Source: Lingula anatina
Lineage: Eukaryota; Animalia; Brachiopoda
Direction of reading: 5' to 3'
Length of the DNA: 64,000 bases
Assembly: GCA_051362555.1 (NCBI GenBank)
Contig: CM120640.1
Span: 3,534,001 to 3,598,000 of the forward strand
The translations under genes and the position numbers were made by a program. Shown in pieces: positions 48,358 through 60,484 of this stretch (within the stretch, counting starts at the first letter, position 1; each line of letters opens with the position of its first letter). A model generated the notes under the pieces. It was not told where the DNA came from. It did no database searches and saw only the letters and a program-made list of their open reading frames with translations.

Positions 48358-50100
48358 ATGTCATATGAATTCGTGCCAACTGGTTCTTTTGTTCATGCGT
48401 GTTCGGAGGAAGACATCAAGCGACTGCTGAACTCACACCCGGTGTTGCTCGCCCTGAAACCGTCTGGGATACGAGTTGACAACTTTCTGATACACGTCAC
48501 CGAAGCCTTGATCCCTCTACCAAAGACCATCACAGGACTGAGCCGCAACATTTTAGATTTCACAATATTAAGATTTGTGATAACCCGCAACAACGAATAC
48601 TTTGAGACATTGTCCAGAGCTCTCATCAACTCGGTTGTTCGGCATCTCTCTCAGATTGCATTCAACCACGTGGTGCGCCTTGTTCCTATAACCTCTGACG
48701 AAGTCCTGAAGCACTTCCCCGATGCCCTCACGTCTGATTTGGTGCTGAATAGGTCTCTGGGACTCTTGATTAACGATGACGATACTGAAAACGAATTTTG
48801 TTTTGCTGACAAGACGATCGAGGCACTTTTGGTCGCCATAGATCAACACCGACAAATAATTACCAAGTTACCTTCGCGACAGTTTTTAACACTTCCATCT
48901 TTCCTCCGAGACAGCATGAACCGTTTACCAGCCACTAGCGACATCTGGCGGATGACATTTGGACTGCTGTCTGAACAAGAGGACAACGTGTCTGTCCAAA
49001 AAGAACTGCTGGGAGAGCTAGCTCACTTCTGTAAGAGCACTGGAATTATGAACAACATGAAACTCACACAATTCTTCGTCGAGCTGGTTTACGAATCTCA
49101 AAACGCAGGTGAGATGGCGACAGAAAATTTGGATATCTTTACAACTAATCAGACCCTAGATTTGTCAAACTGTGTAATAGCGTTTCACAGATTAGCCTAC
49201 GCTTTTCAGGCCACAGGATATTTCGTTGCACAGTGCATGAGCCTACACGGACTGCTGCTTCCGAATTCTGGTTTGAATGATTTCTTTGTCAGTATTTTCA
49301 GCGAAGAAGCCCAGCGTGCCGAAGCTGTTGGTTTAGAATTTCTAAACCTTTCTAACAACAACATCACAGGTCGGGGATTAGAAGCTCTAGCGCCAGTATT
49401 CAAGATATCCACCAAACTGACACACCTTGATTTGACAAACAACCGCTTGTCTGTGCAAGGAATTAAAGCTCTCTCAGAAAGCCTGAAGTACATGCCGCTA
49501 GTCTGCTTAAAGCTGGCCCAGAACGGGCTCCAGGACGACCATTTGTCTAGACTTGCCCGAAGTCTGAAGTTCTGTTCCTTGTTAGAGAAGCTAGATTTGT
49601 CTCGCAACGAGTTCAGCGATCAGGCAATGCCGTTTCTTGTCGATAGCGCTTTGACACACCTAAAGAATTTGCAGCTTCTAGACCTGCGGGAAAATCGCAT
49701 CGACAACCGCGGCGCTATTTCTCTGGCGTCTTTGCTGGAGGATCTACCCAGGCTGTCTAGGGTGCTTCTAGCCTCGAACCACATCGGGGAAGAAGGAGCT
49801 TTAAGCATTGCCATGAACATCCCCAAGTCCCAGTCCTTACGGTACGTGAACCTCAACACCAATAAAATAAGCGACCAAGGCGTGGTGGAGCTGCGCAGGG
49901 CGGCCACTGCCCAGGGGTTTGTTAACGTTATAGCTGCAGGACAATGTTCTGACGCCGGCTGTGATGCCGCCTCTGCAGTCAGGTCCCAGGTGTCCTCACA
50001 CACTGAGCTTGAACGTCTACTGCGCAGTGAATCCTCCGAGGACCTGATTGAACAAGCAGGCGCCAGGCGGTCCCTGACTAACTTTGTGGTTACACTTTGA
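48358..50100 (+). CDS. Intronless 580-aa NLR-like protein: degenerate WHD/HD2 region plus ribonuclease-inhibitor-type LRRs, no recognisable P-loop
   Basis: 28-residue LRRs (LEFLNLSNNNITGRGLEALA, LTHLDLTNNRLSVQGIKALS, LEKLDLSRNEFSDQA, LQLLDLRENRIDNRGAISLA). Upstream motifs FCFADKTIEALLVA, WRMTFGLLS and VELVYESQN resemble NLR F.H.T.QEF.AA, F.FGLL and CL.E.Q. Confidence 0.8.
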   Translation: MSYEFVPTGSFVHACSEEDIKRLLNSHPVLLALKPSGIRVDNFLIHVTEALIPLPKTITGLSRNILDFTILRFVITRNNEYFETLSRALINSVVRHLSQIAFNHVVRLVPITSDEVLKHFPDALTSDLVLNRSLGLLINDDDTENEFCFADKTIEALLVAIDQHRQIITKLPSRQFLTLPSFLRDSMNRLPATSDIWRMTFGLLSEQEDNVSVQKELLGELAHFCKSTGIMNNMKLTQFFVELVYESQNAGEMATENLDIFTTNQTLDLSNCVIAFHRLAYAFQATGYFVAQCMSLHGLLLPNSGLNDFFVSIFSEEAQRAEAVGLEFLNLSNNNITGRGLEALAPVFKISTKLTHLDLTNNRLSVQGIKALSESLKYMPLVCLKLAQNGLQDDHLSRLARSLKFCSLLEKLDLSRNEFSDQAMPFLVDSALTHLKNLQLLDLRENRIDNRGAISLASLLEDLPRLSRVLLASNHIGEEGALSIAMNIPKSQSLRYVNLNTNKISDQGVVELRRAATAQGFVNVIAAGQCSDAGCDAASAVRSQVSSHTELERLLRSESSEDLIEQAGARRSLTNFVVTL

Positions 50101-51664
50101 CTGGGTACAGATGTCGTGTGTGTGGAAACTTTTTGGCTGTTATCACTCCAATGACAGGTCGAGTGCATACATATTTAACTGAGCACACGCAACAGCTAAA
50201 ATGCATTGTAGAAGGGGATGTAAAATGACAGTGATTGGAGACAGAGAGATACACGTTATCAAGTTAACAGTAAATGTATTGCAAACGCCTTGATTTTAGT
50301 GTTAAAACAACCAAAGGCCGTTTTTCTTTTTTTACATGTAGTTAAGTTAATATGTCGAGGAAATTCCTTTTCCCAAATCACCATTTTTCTGTTGTATTGC
50401 CTCTGTCCTGCCCGGCATCTCCTTGTTTTTCATCTCCAAATGAATAGGATGGTATTAAGACAATTCAAGGGAAAACAGAACAAGCCAGGTACATTGCAGG
50501 GCCTTATAATTGTAAGACATTAAGGTACTGACTTCGGAAAAAAGAAAAAAATAAAGATCTAAAGAACTGAGTAAATGTATCGGAAGACTACTGTACATTT
50601 CCCAACAGTCACTTGACTCAAAAGAGGTTTTATTCCTTTCACTTCAATGGGTTCAGTCTATTACTTTGATGCCTTTTAGCTTTGAATATTGTTTGCAAGA
50701 AGTTTTTTTTCTTTTTCTTTTATTTCATATCGTGATGTACCTTTTTGGAGATTTATTTGTTTATTTTCCTTTCAAGTGTCCGCTTTTTTGACTTGTCGAC
50801 CTCTCATCAAAATACAGTATACAGTTTTGGTTGCTATTCATCTTATTTGTGAATCACATCCCTACCCTATTGCTGTGTTTGTCTTACCCCAGCGTAATAT
50901 GAGCTTGTGTTATGCTTGCAAAGTCAATTATCACAGCAAAAATTAAACCAAGTTTAGCGAGCAATTGTAAGACACTGCATTTTGCTATCATTTTAACTCA
51001 AATTATTAATTTGCCTAGTTAGGGTGTACACAATTTAGAAAGAACCTCTCTTTATGTTATCGAGATTTTCTGCATTTCACTTGCTGTCAGAGTAAAGCAT
51101 GATACTTATTTTTCTCCCTGGTCATGATTGCCATAATTCATTAGATACATTAGCAAATACAAGCGGTATCAATATCTGCCGAGTTCCCAGTGTAATCCCC
51201 ACACGAAATGCTTACAGCCTACCTTTAATCGGTCTGATAGACGTTTTTTTTTCGTATTTTAAGATACGCAATAGGTCCACTACTTATGTGAAATAATTTT
51301 AAAATTGTCATCTTTGAATTTTGTTCATTTTACAGAAGGATCAGCGGCAAGAGTCCTAAGAGCGATTATTATACTTGGGCGGAGGACATTAATCCGCGTT
51401 TTAATGAATTATCTTCTTAAAACTGAAAGTGAGCTGTGGAATATATCTATTGGAGCATTGCCAATATCAATACCGGACACAGTGAAAGAAAAAAGCTAAT
51501 TATTTTTATATTCATTTTATTCAACAAGCGATAGAAAAGCGTTACATACGAGAAAAAAGTTCAAATTTGTAAACAATGAATATAATTAGTTAAAACCAAT
51601 AATGTAGAAAAAAGGTATACTTTGAAGAAAGTGAAATATAATTATCCTTCAAGTTTATAATCAT

Positions 51665-52126
51665 AAATTATTATTCTAATTATCATTATTCTGATTATTC
51701 TAAAAAAGATTAGGAAGTGAAAGATTTATGCGAGAATAAGAACCGGGCATTTCGTTTAACCCGATTTGAATGGCAGCTGTTTGAAGAACTTGCAAGCAAA
51801 GCTGGTGCAGCCGCTTGAAGAGGCAGAGCAGGTTCCTGCACTGGCGATGAGTTTTCTGCTAGCGCTGCCGAAACTCCAGGAAAGCTTCTCGGGTTTTATA
51901 ATTATTCTAATTATTATTATTCTGATTATTCTAAAAAGATTGGGAAGTAAAAGATTAATGCTAGAATAAGAACCGGGTACTTCGTTTAACCCGATTTGAA
52001 TGGCAACTTTTTGAAGAACTTGCAAGCAAAGCTGGTGCAGCCGCTTGAAGAGGCAGAGCAGGTTCCTGCACTGGCGATGAGTTTTCTGCTTGCGTTGCCG
52101 AAACTCCAGGAAAGCTTCTCGGGTTT
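51665..52126. repeat. 230-bp tandem duplication of the LLTP gene's last codons, stop and proximal 3' UTR
   Basis: Stop-containing segments at 51756 and 51986 are offset by 230 bp and differ by only scattered substitutions. Confidence 0.9.
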
Positions 52127-55100
52127 CCACGTTTTTTTGCTTCCCCATTTCCATTCTACCTTGAACTTAGGGGGCTGAAAAGGCATGTATTGTAATGATC
52201 AGTTTTGGGGAAATTAAATTGTGTTGTGGCGTTTTCTGAGCAAGGCGTGCACTTTTCAAACTTTATAATGACGTCACTATCGTGCGCTGATTGTGCTTGT
52301 TGGGTAGCTACCAGAGTAAGATTACTGACGATTTACGCATGACAGTTAAGTCTGACAATCAGTTTTGAAAATGAACAAAACTGAATCCTTTAAAACTTGT
52401 TAGCAACCTAGTATTTGTTGATATCAAGCTGTTATTAAAATCAATGGCCATTGAACTTACCCACAGTTTAACCTTGACCTTGACCTTTGACCTAATTTGG
52501 TACCAGGCTTGGATGCTGGCGCTCATCTTATCATGGCCGTGATAGAATTTGAAACAGACTCCGGGATACAGTTTACCGACGCCTTCAAGCAAGTAATTGA
52601 GGTTCACGCCGATGGTAATACCGCCACGGACCAAGGACTAAAAGGAGAAGGCAAATATACAATCAATACATGAAACACAACACCAATAGATACTTCAGTG
52701 TACGTTTATGTTAGTACTGACAGCAAGGGTATTGCCCAAATTAAAAGAACCGACATTTTGAAAATCAACTGAATGAAAGGTATTTAAAATTATTCACACC
52801 AAGTGTTTGCTTCTACATTTTTTCATTAAATATCTGCTACTGGCAAACCTTGCGTTCGAGAAATCAATATGAAATGAGGACGTAGAAAATTGAGAAAGGC
52901 ATACTTTTTCAAGCTAAAATGGAGTTCAAGTGACTTACTGCTAAACTTGCTTCTGCGCCTCCTGATACTCGGGCACTTGCTTTCAATGTCATTGTCAGGC
53001 AATGGGAACACGGCTGAGATGATCCGGAACAGAACCCGGCCTTTACGGTGAAATCGACGCGAGGCGCCAGGTTAATAGTGACACTTATTTTGGCGACATA
53101 GATGTAAATTCTGAAGACCTCGATGCGAATCGGCGAGGGTTTGTAAACTGGGAAGGTCTTGGAGAGTGGACCAGCCTGGTTGATGTTCAAAACAGTCTTT
53201 CCGAACACCTTTAAATACACTCTTGTCTTACTGGAACCAATCTTCTGTCTGTAAGCTTCGGCTGTTGCCAGGTCAACAGATTTGGAGAACACCTTCAGTT
53301 TGGCAATGGATTTTCCATACAGTTTGCACCTGTTAGTCGCCGTGTTTTCACCGGCAAACACCCCGGCCTTGATGTAGACATTGGCTTTAGATGGTCCATA
53401 CTTAAGATGAGTTAGGCAATGCCTGTTATTTGGGAACTGAGAATTATCGGATGAGAACTGGCTGGCTGAAAGAAGCTCTGAATATCTTCCACTATACGTG
53501 CCCCACGTGCTACAGCTCACGTGCTCAGTTCCTCTCTTAGAACGGGAGTGCTCCTCGGTATCGTTTACATGAATAAGGACACCCTTGAGCTTAAAGTATT
53601 CTTTAATGTCCTCCAATGCGCATTTAAACCCTTCATCCTCAGTCAGAACCGCCTTATACAAAATGTTGTCCACCTCAGAATTGTCCGCATTGGGCCACAC
53701 CTTGTTTTTGGCCTCGACCAGATTTCTGTAGGCGAGTTCTCCCTTGATGGTGACGACAGCGGCTTGTCTTAGTTCACAGCTGGAAGAAGGTCGGGTTAAC
53801 AGATCTACGAGCCATTGCTGGACAGAAGACACGTGCATATTCCTCCGCAGAGCATGGAGGGTACCAACCAGCGTCCACAATGGCTGATCTTTCTGCTTGG
53901 CGATGTCCAACACATCCTCCGTCAGTCTGTTGTCTCCAAAGTTTCCAATGGCTTCCAGAACGTCACTGAGTTGCTCTGTGTTATCAGCTTCATGGCTTGC
54001 CTTCAGATGTTGTCGAAGCAGTTCCACCAGCTCTTTCTGGAACCCCGTGCTGACAGTTGGTCTTGAAGCAAGTGAACCAAGAGATAGAATGATAGGTCCA
54101 TGAAAAGACGCATCTTGAGCCGGCAGCGTTTCCCAAAGTTTCTTCACAGAGTTCAGAATGTGTTTCGTAGGTTTTGTGATGAAGGTTAATTTCTGTACCA
54201 GCTCCTGCCTCTGCTCGGTGGATAAAGGATGGCTTAGCACCAGACCGGAAAGAACCTAAATCGAAAATAATTTTTTATTTAACCAGTGTTCATGTTTTTA
54301 ACACAAAATTCATTACTAATGGTTCTATTACTTTTAACATTAGAAGCCGCATTGTCTTTTGAAAGGTTTTACTTTTTTTTTTATTAAACTACAAACGTTT
54401 GGTCTATTTCTACTAAACTACAGGATAAAAGGAATGAATAAATGAAAAAAAGGAGGCTTACATTTTCGGCGTCTTTGCCGCCTGCAGTAATGTAAAGATC
54501 TAGAATTTCTCTGCAAACTTCCCAATTGGAGGAGCATTTAGAAACCATCTGAAACAATTTTATAGTCATATTTATTAATTCCCCTAAGTTCAACCACATA
54601 TGCATTATTCTAAGTTGTATTTTGGATAAAATAGTTGCCTAGTTTTCCAATTAGATAATATACAAAAGAGAGAGAAGAAAAAATATTAAAGAATAGCTTA
54701 AAAGTCAAATTGAATTAGATACAAACTTTTTGATGATGCTATATCTAATGTCAGGAGAGATGGTTTGTATTGTTAGGTTTACTAGAAGTTTAATCAAAAC
54801 GATAGCACCAATAAAGAAAAAATAATATATGTTGTTTACATACATCTTTTGTCAGTTTAATAAGTTGAGTGGCGAGAGCTGGCTTTTTGGCGTCTTCCTT
54901 AGAAATGTTGCCGTGAACGAGACCAAGTTTGTTTTCCAAAGAAAGGATCTCAGTCAAACCGGTCACTACAATGGCAGAATATTCAACAAGTCTATTAGTA
55001 TCAATAAATGAAGTGTATAGGATGCATAAATCTGTCGAAACTACTTGAAATAATAAAATTACTAGGACTTCATGCATTGGAAATCATATTATATGAGTAC

Positions 55101-58100
55101 ATCAAATGAAATATGTAAAAATAGTAATCCAATCTTACGTGAAAATTTCACATAGGCATGTGTGAACTAAATGTCACATTATCCTTTGATTGTTAAAGAG
55201 ATTTCAAACGAGATTATTGACTTTGAACCTATATACAAGTGTCTAAGGGTGGGTTGATTCTATTTAACTGATCCAATTACTAAAATGTGTACAGAATTGG
55301 TTACAATTTACGCCCACGTAGTAGAGCCTATTCAACAGTCACTTAGTATTATGACACTTACATGTGGATGCTTCTGTTGGATTCTGAGTGAATTTTGTCA
55401 AAATTTGACTGAGTTTGTCTTCTCCATCGAAATCTTTTCTCAAAATGAGCCATCTTTTTCTATCATCTGCATCTGAACAACAAATAAAAATGGTAAGTAA
55501 GAATAAGTCTAAAATGATGGATTTTAAAACTTTATATATATAATGCCTTGTATAATTCAGAACCGTATTGATTATTGTTGTCAGACGACACTATAGGCTT
55601 ACAAAGTTTCTTATGAATCCAATTCAGTGGTTTATTCCAAAATACCAACCTGGATCGAATTCCCCAATCAAAGATCTCTTCTGGAAGTGTGCCTTTTGTG
55701 CTGTTTCCAAGCGTTCATGGCCGCTGACGGAGCGTTTCACGTGCTTTCGCAAAGTCAGTTTGAATTTCACATCTGAATTCAAATAAGCACCAAGGTCAAC
55801 GTTGCTGCCGTCATTATCAGTCATGGAGGAAGAGTCCACCTAAAGAAAAAAAAAACAGTATAATTTCGAGTCAATCCCCATGAAATAACACGAAAAGAAG
55901 AATTTCTTCATTTAACAGCTATGTTAAAAATAATGTTGAACAAAACTAATTTTGCAGTGGGTATCGTCTGAAAATCGTTGTCGCAACCCTTTAAATTTTT
56001 ACAAATTTTACATTTTTATAGAGGTGTTGAATCAATATCTTCTTAACTTACCTGATGGTCCGGCTTAGGAAGCACCTTTAAGTGACCAGTGACGTCAGTC
56101 ATAACTCCACCAGTGATGTGCTGGACTTCGTCTGACTCAATGTCCACTTCGTCCCTGTCCAGCTCCTGGCCGTGGTCATCATAGATGTCCTTGGAGGACA
56201 CGTGCTTCTTGATTTCTATTGTCCCCAATTGCAGCTTGGACGTTCTGAAGATAAAGAACAATAATTAGCACATTTTAACACAGAAACGATATGTTTTTCA
56301 GCTACAAGATATTTATTGCCAGTATCATGCATTTTTTGAAATCTTGGACATTCACAATATAGAAGCCTTGTAAAAATTTTATTTAAGGTATAATTTCCTT
56401 ACAAAATGGCGAAATTAACCCCCCATTATTTACACAAAAGAAAAACGAAAGCGCACCCTGAAACCCACGAAAACGTGTTTTTTTCTCTTTTAATTAGTGC
56501 TACATGTACGAAGATACTTGCCCTAGTTAAAAAAAGGGATGGGGAGACTTAAACATTCACCTAAAAAATCATGCCTCCGCTTCAAAAACTTACTCATCAT
56601 TGTTACAGAAACTGGACGAATGACATGTGCTGACATTGTCACTTGTGCTGACCCCATCAAACCATTACTTATTTTGAATATCCACCCACCTGTAATGTGA
56701 TTTGTGCTTGCCCAAAATGTCCATTTCCACAACATTCTCCCTGTCCCGGACAAGGTTAGTTTGCAGGGCAGAAATTATGGAGCGCTTGAAGTTCATTACA
56801 TCGACGTCTTCTAAAAAATATTATATAAGGAATGGCGGGTGATAAAAAACATCATCAGGTATAATGTTTATAGAAAAGGGCAAGTAGGTATACAGAACGA
56901 ATCTATGATACAGTTTTTAATGAATTTCCATTAGCCTTTTCATTTTTAAAGGTTGAGTTCTAAAGTTCGGACATTTCTGTTTTGAGAACCTGGAAATTAG
57001 AGTTATTCATTGACGAGAGCAGTTTTTACCTGTATCTTTCTTCGTGAAACTGACATGAGAAATGGTGCCATTCTTCAGCTGAACGAACATCGTTGGCTCG
57101 TTGTACAAGTCATCCGCTGATACTGGCTCACCGCTGGTACTATAATGACAAAGACATGTGATTATAATCTTTGTTGTGGCACCGGAACACATAATTATTA
57201 ATTATAATTATTAATAATGATGTAAATGTTGACATAGTTTACAACGCCTATGCAAGTGCACGGTCCAATACCGACATACTTCACAAACTTTTTATTGCAC
57301 AATGCAAATGCTTAAACAAAATTCCTAGTTATCGTTTAACATTAAAAGTTTGTTCTCACCTGTTTGCTTTTGTCATTAGTACATAAACGTTGTGGATGAA
57401 CATCATAAAGGTAGAAGCGCCGCTTTTACCTGTGCCTGTAAGATGGAAAGAAATCTAATGAAGATACATATACACAGTTCAACTACGTTACCGAACTCGC
57501 TTCTTTGAATATCTGTTAAAACAGTGCGAGACTTAGTAAACATTAGATCGATCAATATATATATATATCGGGCTTGTAATAATCCAATCTTAAAAAATCT
57601 ATCCAACTATCTATAAGCATATACATTGGATAGATTTACTTAAACCAGGACATTGCTACAGTATATATTGGTTCATACCTACCCAGATACTCTACATCCA
57701 CGTAAGCAGAGAGCCGAAAAGTTTCATCAGCCGGGCCGAACAACTTTGCCTCACTTTCATAATAGTAATGAAGTGTGCTGGACTGAAACCAAAAAGATAT
57801 AATAAATTATCACCTTTTTACGACAATCGACAGTATGTGCAAAATGAGTTCAACTGTCTATAGGAATTATGATAAAATGATCCCACGCTTATTTATTTTT
57901 CGAACATCAAAAACATATTTTTATAAGGTTTTTAATTTAATCTTATAGGCAACTGTGATATGATACTGTAGGGCACTTTTCTATAAATCTAACCTGCATG
58001 TCAGTTGAAAATAATTCTGGCTTGTCTTTTGATACACTGTCTTCTTCTTTCTCGCACGATATTGGTCGTGACGCCAAGCCAACTAGACACAGGTACAGTA

Positions 58101-58110
58101 GAAACTGCAT
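51986..58110 (-). CDS. Secreted large lipid transfer protein (Vitellogenin_N/MTP-like N-terminus), about 13 coding exons, about 1,000 aa
   Basis: Signal peptide MQFLLYLCLVGLASRPISC (ATG 58110). LLT N-sheet signatures HYYYESEA, PTMFVQLKNGTI and VMNFKRSIISALQTNL...VVEMDILGKHKSHY. Helical domain IILSLGSLA, VLEAIGNFG, LRQAAV. Then RSKR and a beta-rich Cys/Lys domain; stop TAA 51986-51988. Confidence 0.8.
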
Positions 58111-58240
58111 CTTGGCTGCAAGGTCTCTCTCTTCACACTGCTGTGATTATTTTGTTTTATACCTACAACTGGAGAACCAGAGGGGCGTTACCCATCAGAA
58201 GTCAAATCAAGATCATTAAAAAATCACAATAATAATATTA

Positions 58241-58257
58241 ACAAACAAACAAACAAA

Positions 58258-58300
<43 letters not shown>

Positions 58301-58313
58301 ACAAATAAATAAA
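58241..58313. repeat. (AAAC)n(AAAT)n microsatellite
   Basis: Directly visible. Confidence 0.9.
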
Positions 58314-59252
58314 ACTGAAAAATGGAAATCCTTCCAGCATAGGGTCTGGGTTGCGCTTACTGTGTGCTAATGAAAAAGTTTTCAAATTTAGCATAAAATG
58401 TTTGCAGTACTTGTGAAGATACGCTAAATGTCCTTATTCAGGCAGCATATGGGAGTCAAATAGGTGACCATGAATCTCCATATCACTGCATACGTTGGTT
58501 TCTGAACTTATTTTTTTTTTAAATTAAAACTCACTGTATTGGCCCATTTGACCTTGGAAATCTGGTAAAAGAGCCAAAGTATCTTTGAAATCCTGCCAAT
58601 TTTGCAACAATAACTTCTTTTTCAGTAAATCATAAATTTTACATTATATAAAAACTGATCACAATGCAAAAATGCTATCTGTTTTTTTGTTTTTTTTTTT
58701 CATGTAACGAAATCCCTAAATGTTCAAAAACATTTAGGCAGCGCAAAGGCGAACCAATATACAGTAAACAACAAAATGTAATTGCAAATACTCCCAAAGC
58801 ATATGGAATATAAGGCTTAAATTTACTCATTTGAGCTTGCAAAATTTGTCAAAATAAAAAAAGTTTAAAATATATCAACTCAAGACTGAAGTAATACCAC
58901 CCCTTATTAACCAATAATTATTCTAAGAAAAAAAAACAAATTAGAAGAAAAAAAGAGGAATCCTTCCGGTAAAAAATATAGATTCCCTTCACTCAAGTTT
59001 TCAGTTTCAGCATCAAATGGCTGGTTCACCCATTTCTTGTGCCTAATTTTTCATTATGTCTCGGATCAAAAAGCAAAGGTTACACTAAGTGTTTGACATT
59101 TGTAAATAAGATTTGGTTCGTATGTACACTCTTTATAAAAACATCACCTGTATAGAATGAAAAAAGGAACAACAAAACATCAATTTACTCATGTACTCAC
59201 ACATCGAAAAAATATAAAAAAATAAAACACGAGAATGAAAAGAAAATATCCA

Positions 59253-59330
59253 ACTTACCAGTCGACCTGTCTTTCTTATTTCCCAACGAAGGGTCGATGT
59301 CAATCACTCCGAATACTGCTTCTTATATAT
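59253..59330 (-). promoter_or_regulatory. Candidate TATA box and short 5' UTR exon of the LLTP gene
   Basis: Minus-strand TATATAAG (59329-59322) followed about 63 nt downstream by the donor CTG|GTAAGT (intron starts 59258). A candidate acceptor lies just upstream of the ATG exon, near 58165. Confidence 0.5.
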
Positions 59331-60448
59331 CCTTCCACCGCGCTGTCTAACAGTTGAACATCGTTAAATTTATTTCCTCCTCATTTAGACTAATTCTCGA
59401 TTACTATCTTGTCCAGGCCGCTTCCTCCTACACGGACTAAAGGGGAGAGGCTGCCAAGAAGCTTCTGCGGTTTACCCCGGCCAAGGTAACCTTAGCAGGT
59501 ACCGAGCCCCTGTAAGACCTTATAATGTTACATTTTCGCGGGCTGCATAGCAGTCAGTTTAATTATAAATAAAAATAACCAGCGCTCTATGCCCCAATTA
59601 CTCTAATTAATGTTCATTGTAGTCATAGTGCACACATTTGACTGACTTTTATTGGATTTTGCGCAAAGAAATACACGTTTACAAAACTATATTTTCCATT
59701 TTGTTTAAGTAAGATTTGAGTGTTCTTCGTAATCTAAATGCGCATCTTAATTAGCCTGTTGACCGGCCGACCACAAAACATTGTACATAAATATAAGGAA
59801 AACTTTCTTCCACGAACTGAACATGTGCCCCCAGAAGTCACGTTTTGAATGTAGACACTTAAAACCATTAAGAAGCTACTGTAGATTTAAATTGTTTTTC
59901 TTTCTTATCGTTTCCAGTTTCCAGCGAAAGGCAATTATAATGATTCAATGAAAAAACCTAGACAGTACGTTACACTATACTTTAGATCAAAATCATATTT
60001 CTCGTGCGCGTTTGCATAAAAATCATTTATTCAAGGTACAATTGCAAAGATGTTTATTGCAATGATTTAATTAAATAAATTCTAAACCATCATGTGTTGA
60101 CAGTGCTCTATACTAAACAGCTCATCACACAAAATTTATGTACCTTATATGTGGTGCAATTGAGCACTTTTTGAACTGAGAGAGGGAGAGAGATGGTTTA
60201 TAAGTAATACATAAATAAAGTATATTTTTGATTTAAAAATGGTATTCGTTTGTCAAGAATCAGATTGAATATATAAGTCTAAAAAAGAAAAAAAAAAGTA
60301 TCAAACTGTACACTGTGCAAGAAGTAATTGTGTGATTATGAGCTTTTTAAAGCAAGGTTGAGCATGGAAAACGGACAGATGGTTCGAGAGATTTTAAGTT
60401 TCAGTAAAAAAATTCATTTTAATACTGACTGCTGCCTTGGCCAGTCCC

Positions 60449-60484
<36 letters not shown>

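Noticed and set aside
52470-52495. TGACCTTGACCTTTGACCT motif in an LLTP exon resembling the satellite core
   Set aside because: The match is short and low-complexity and is explained by codons for RSKVKVKVK; there is no flanking TE similarity.
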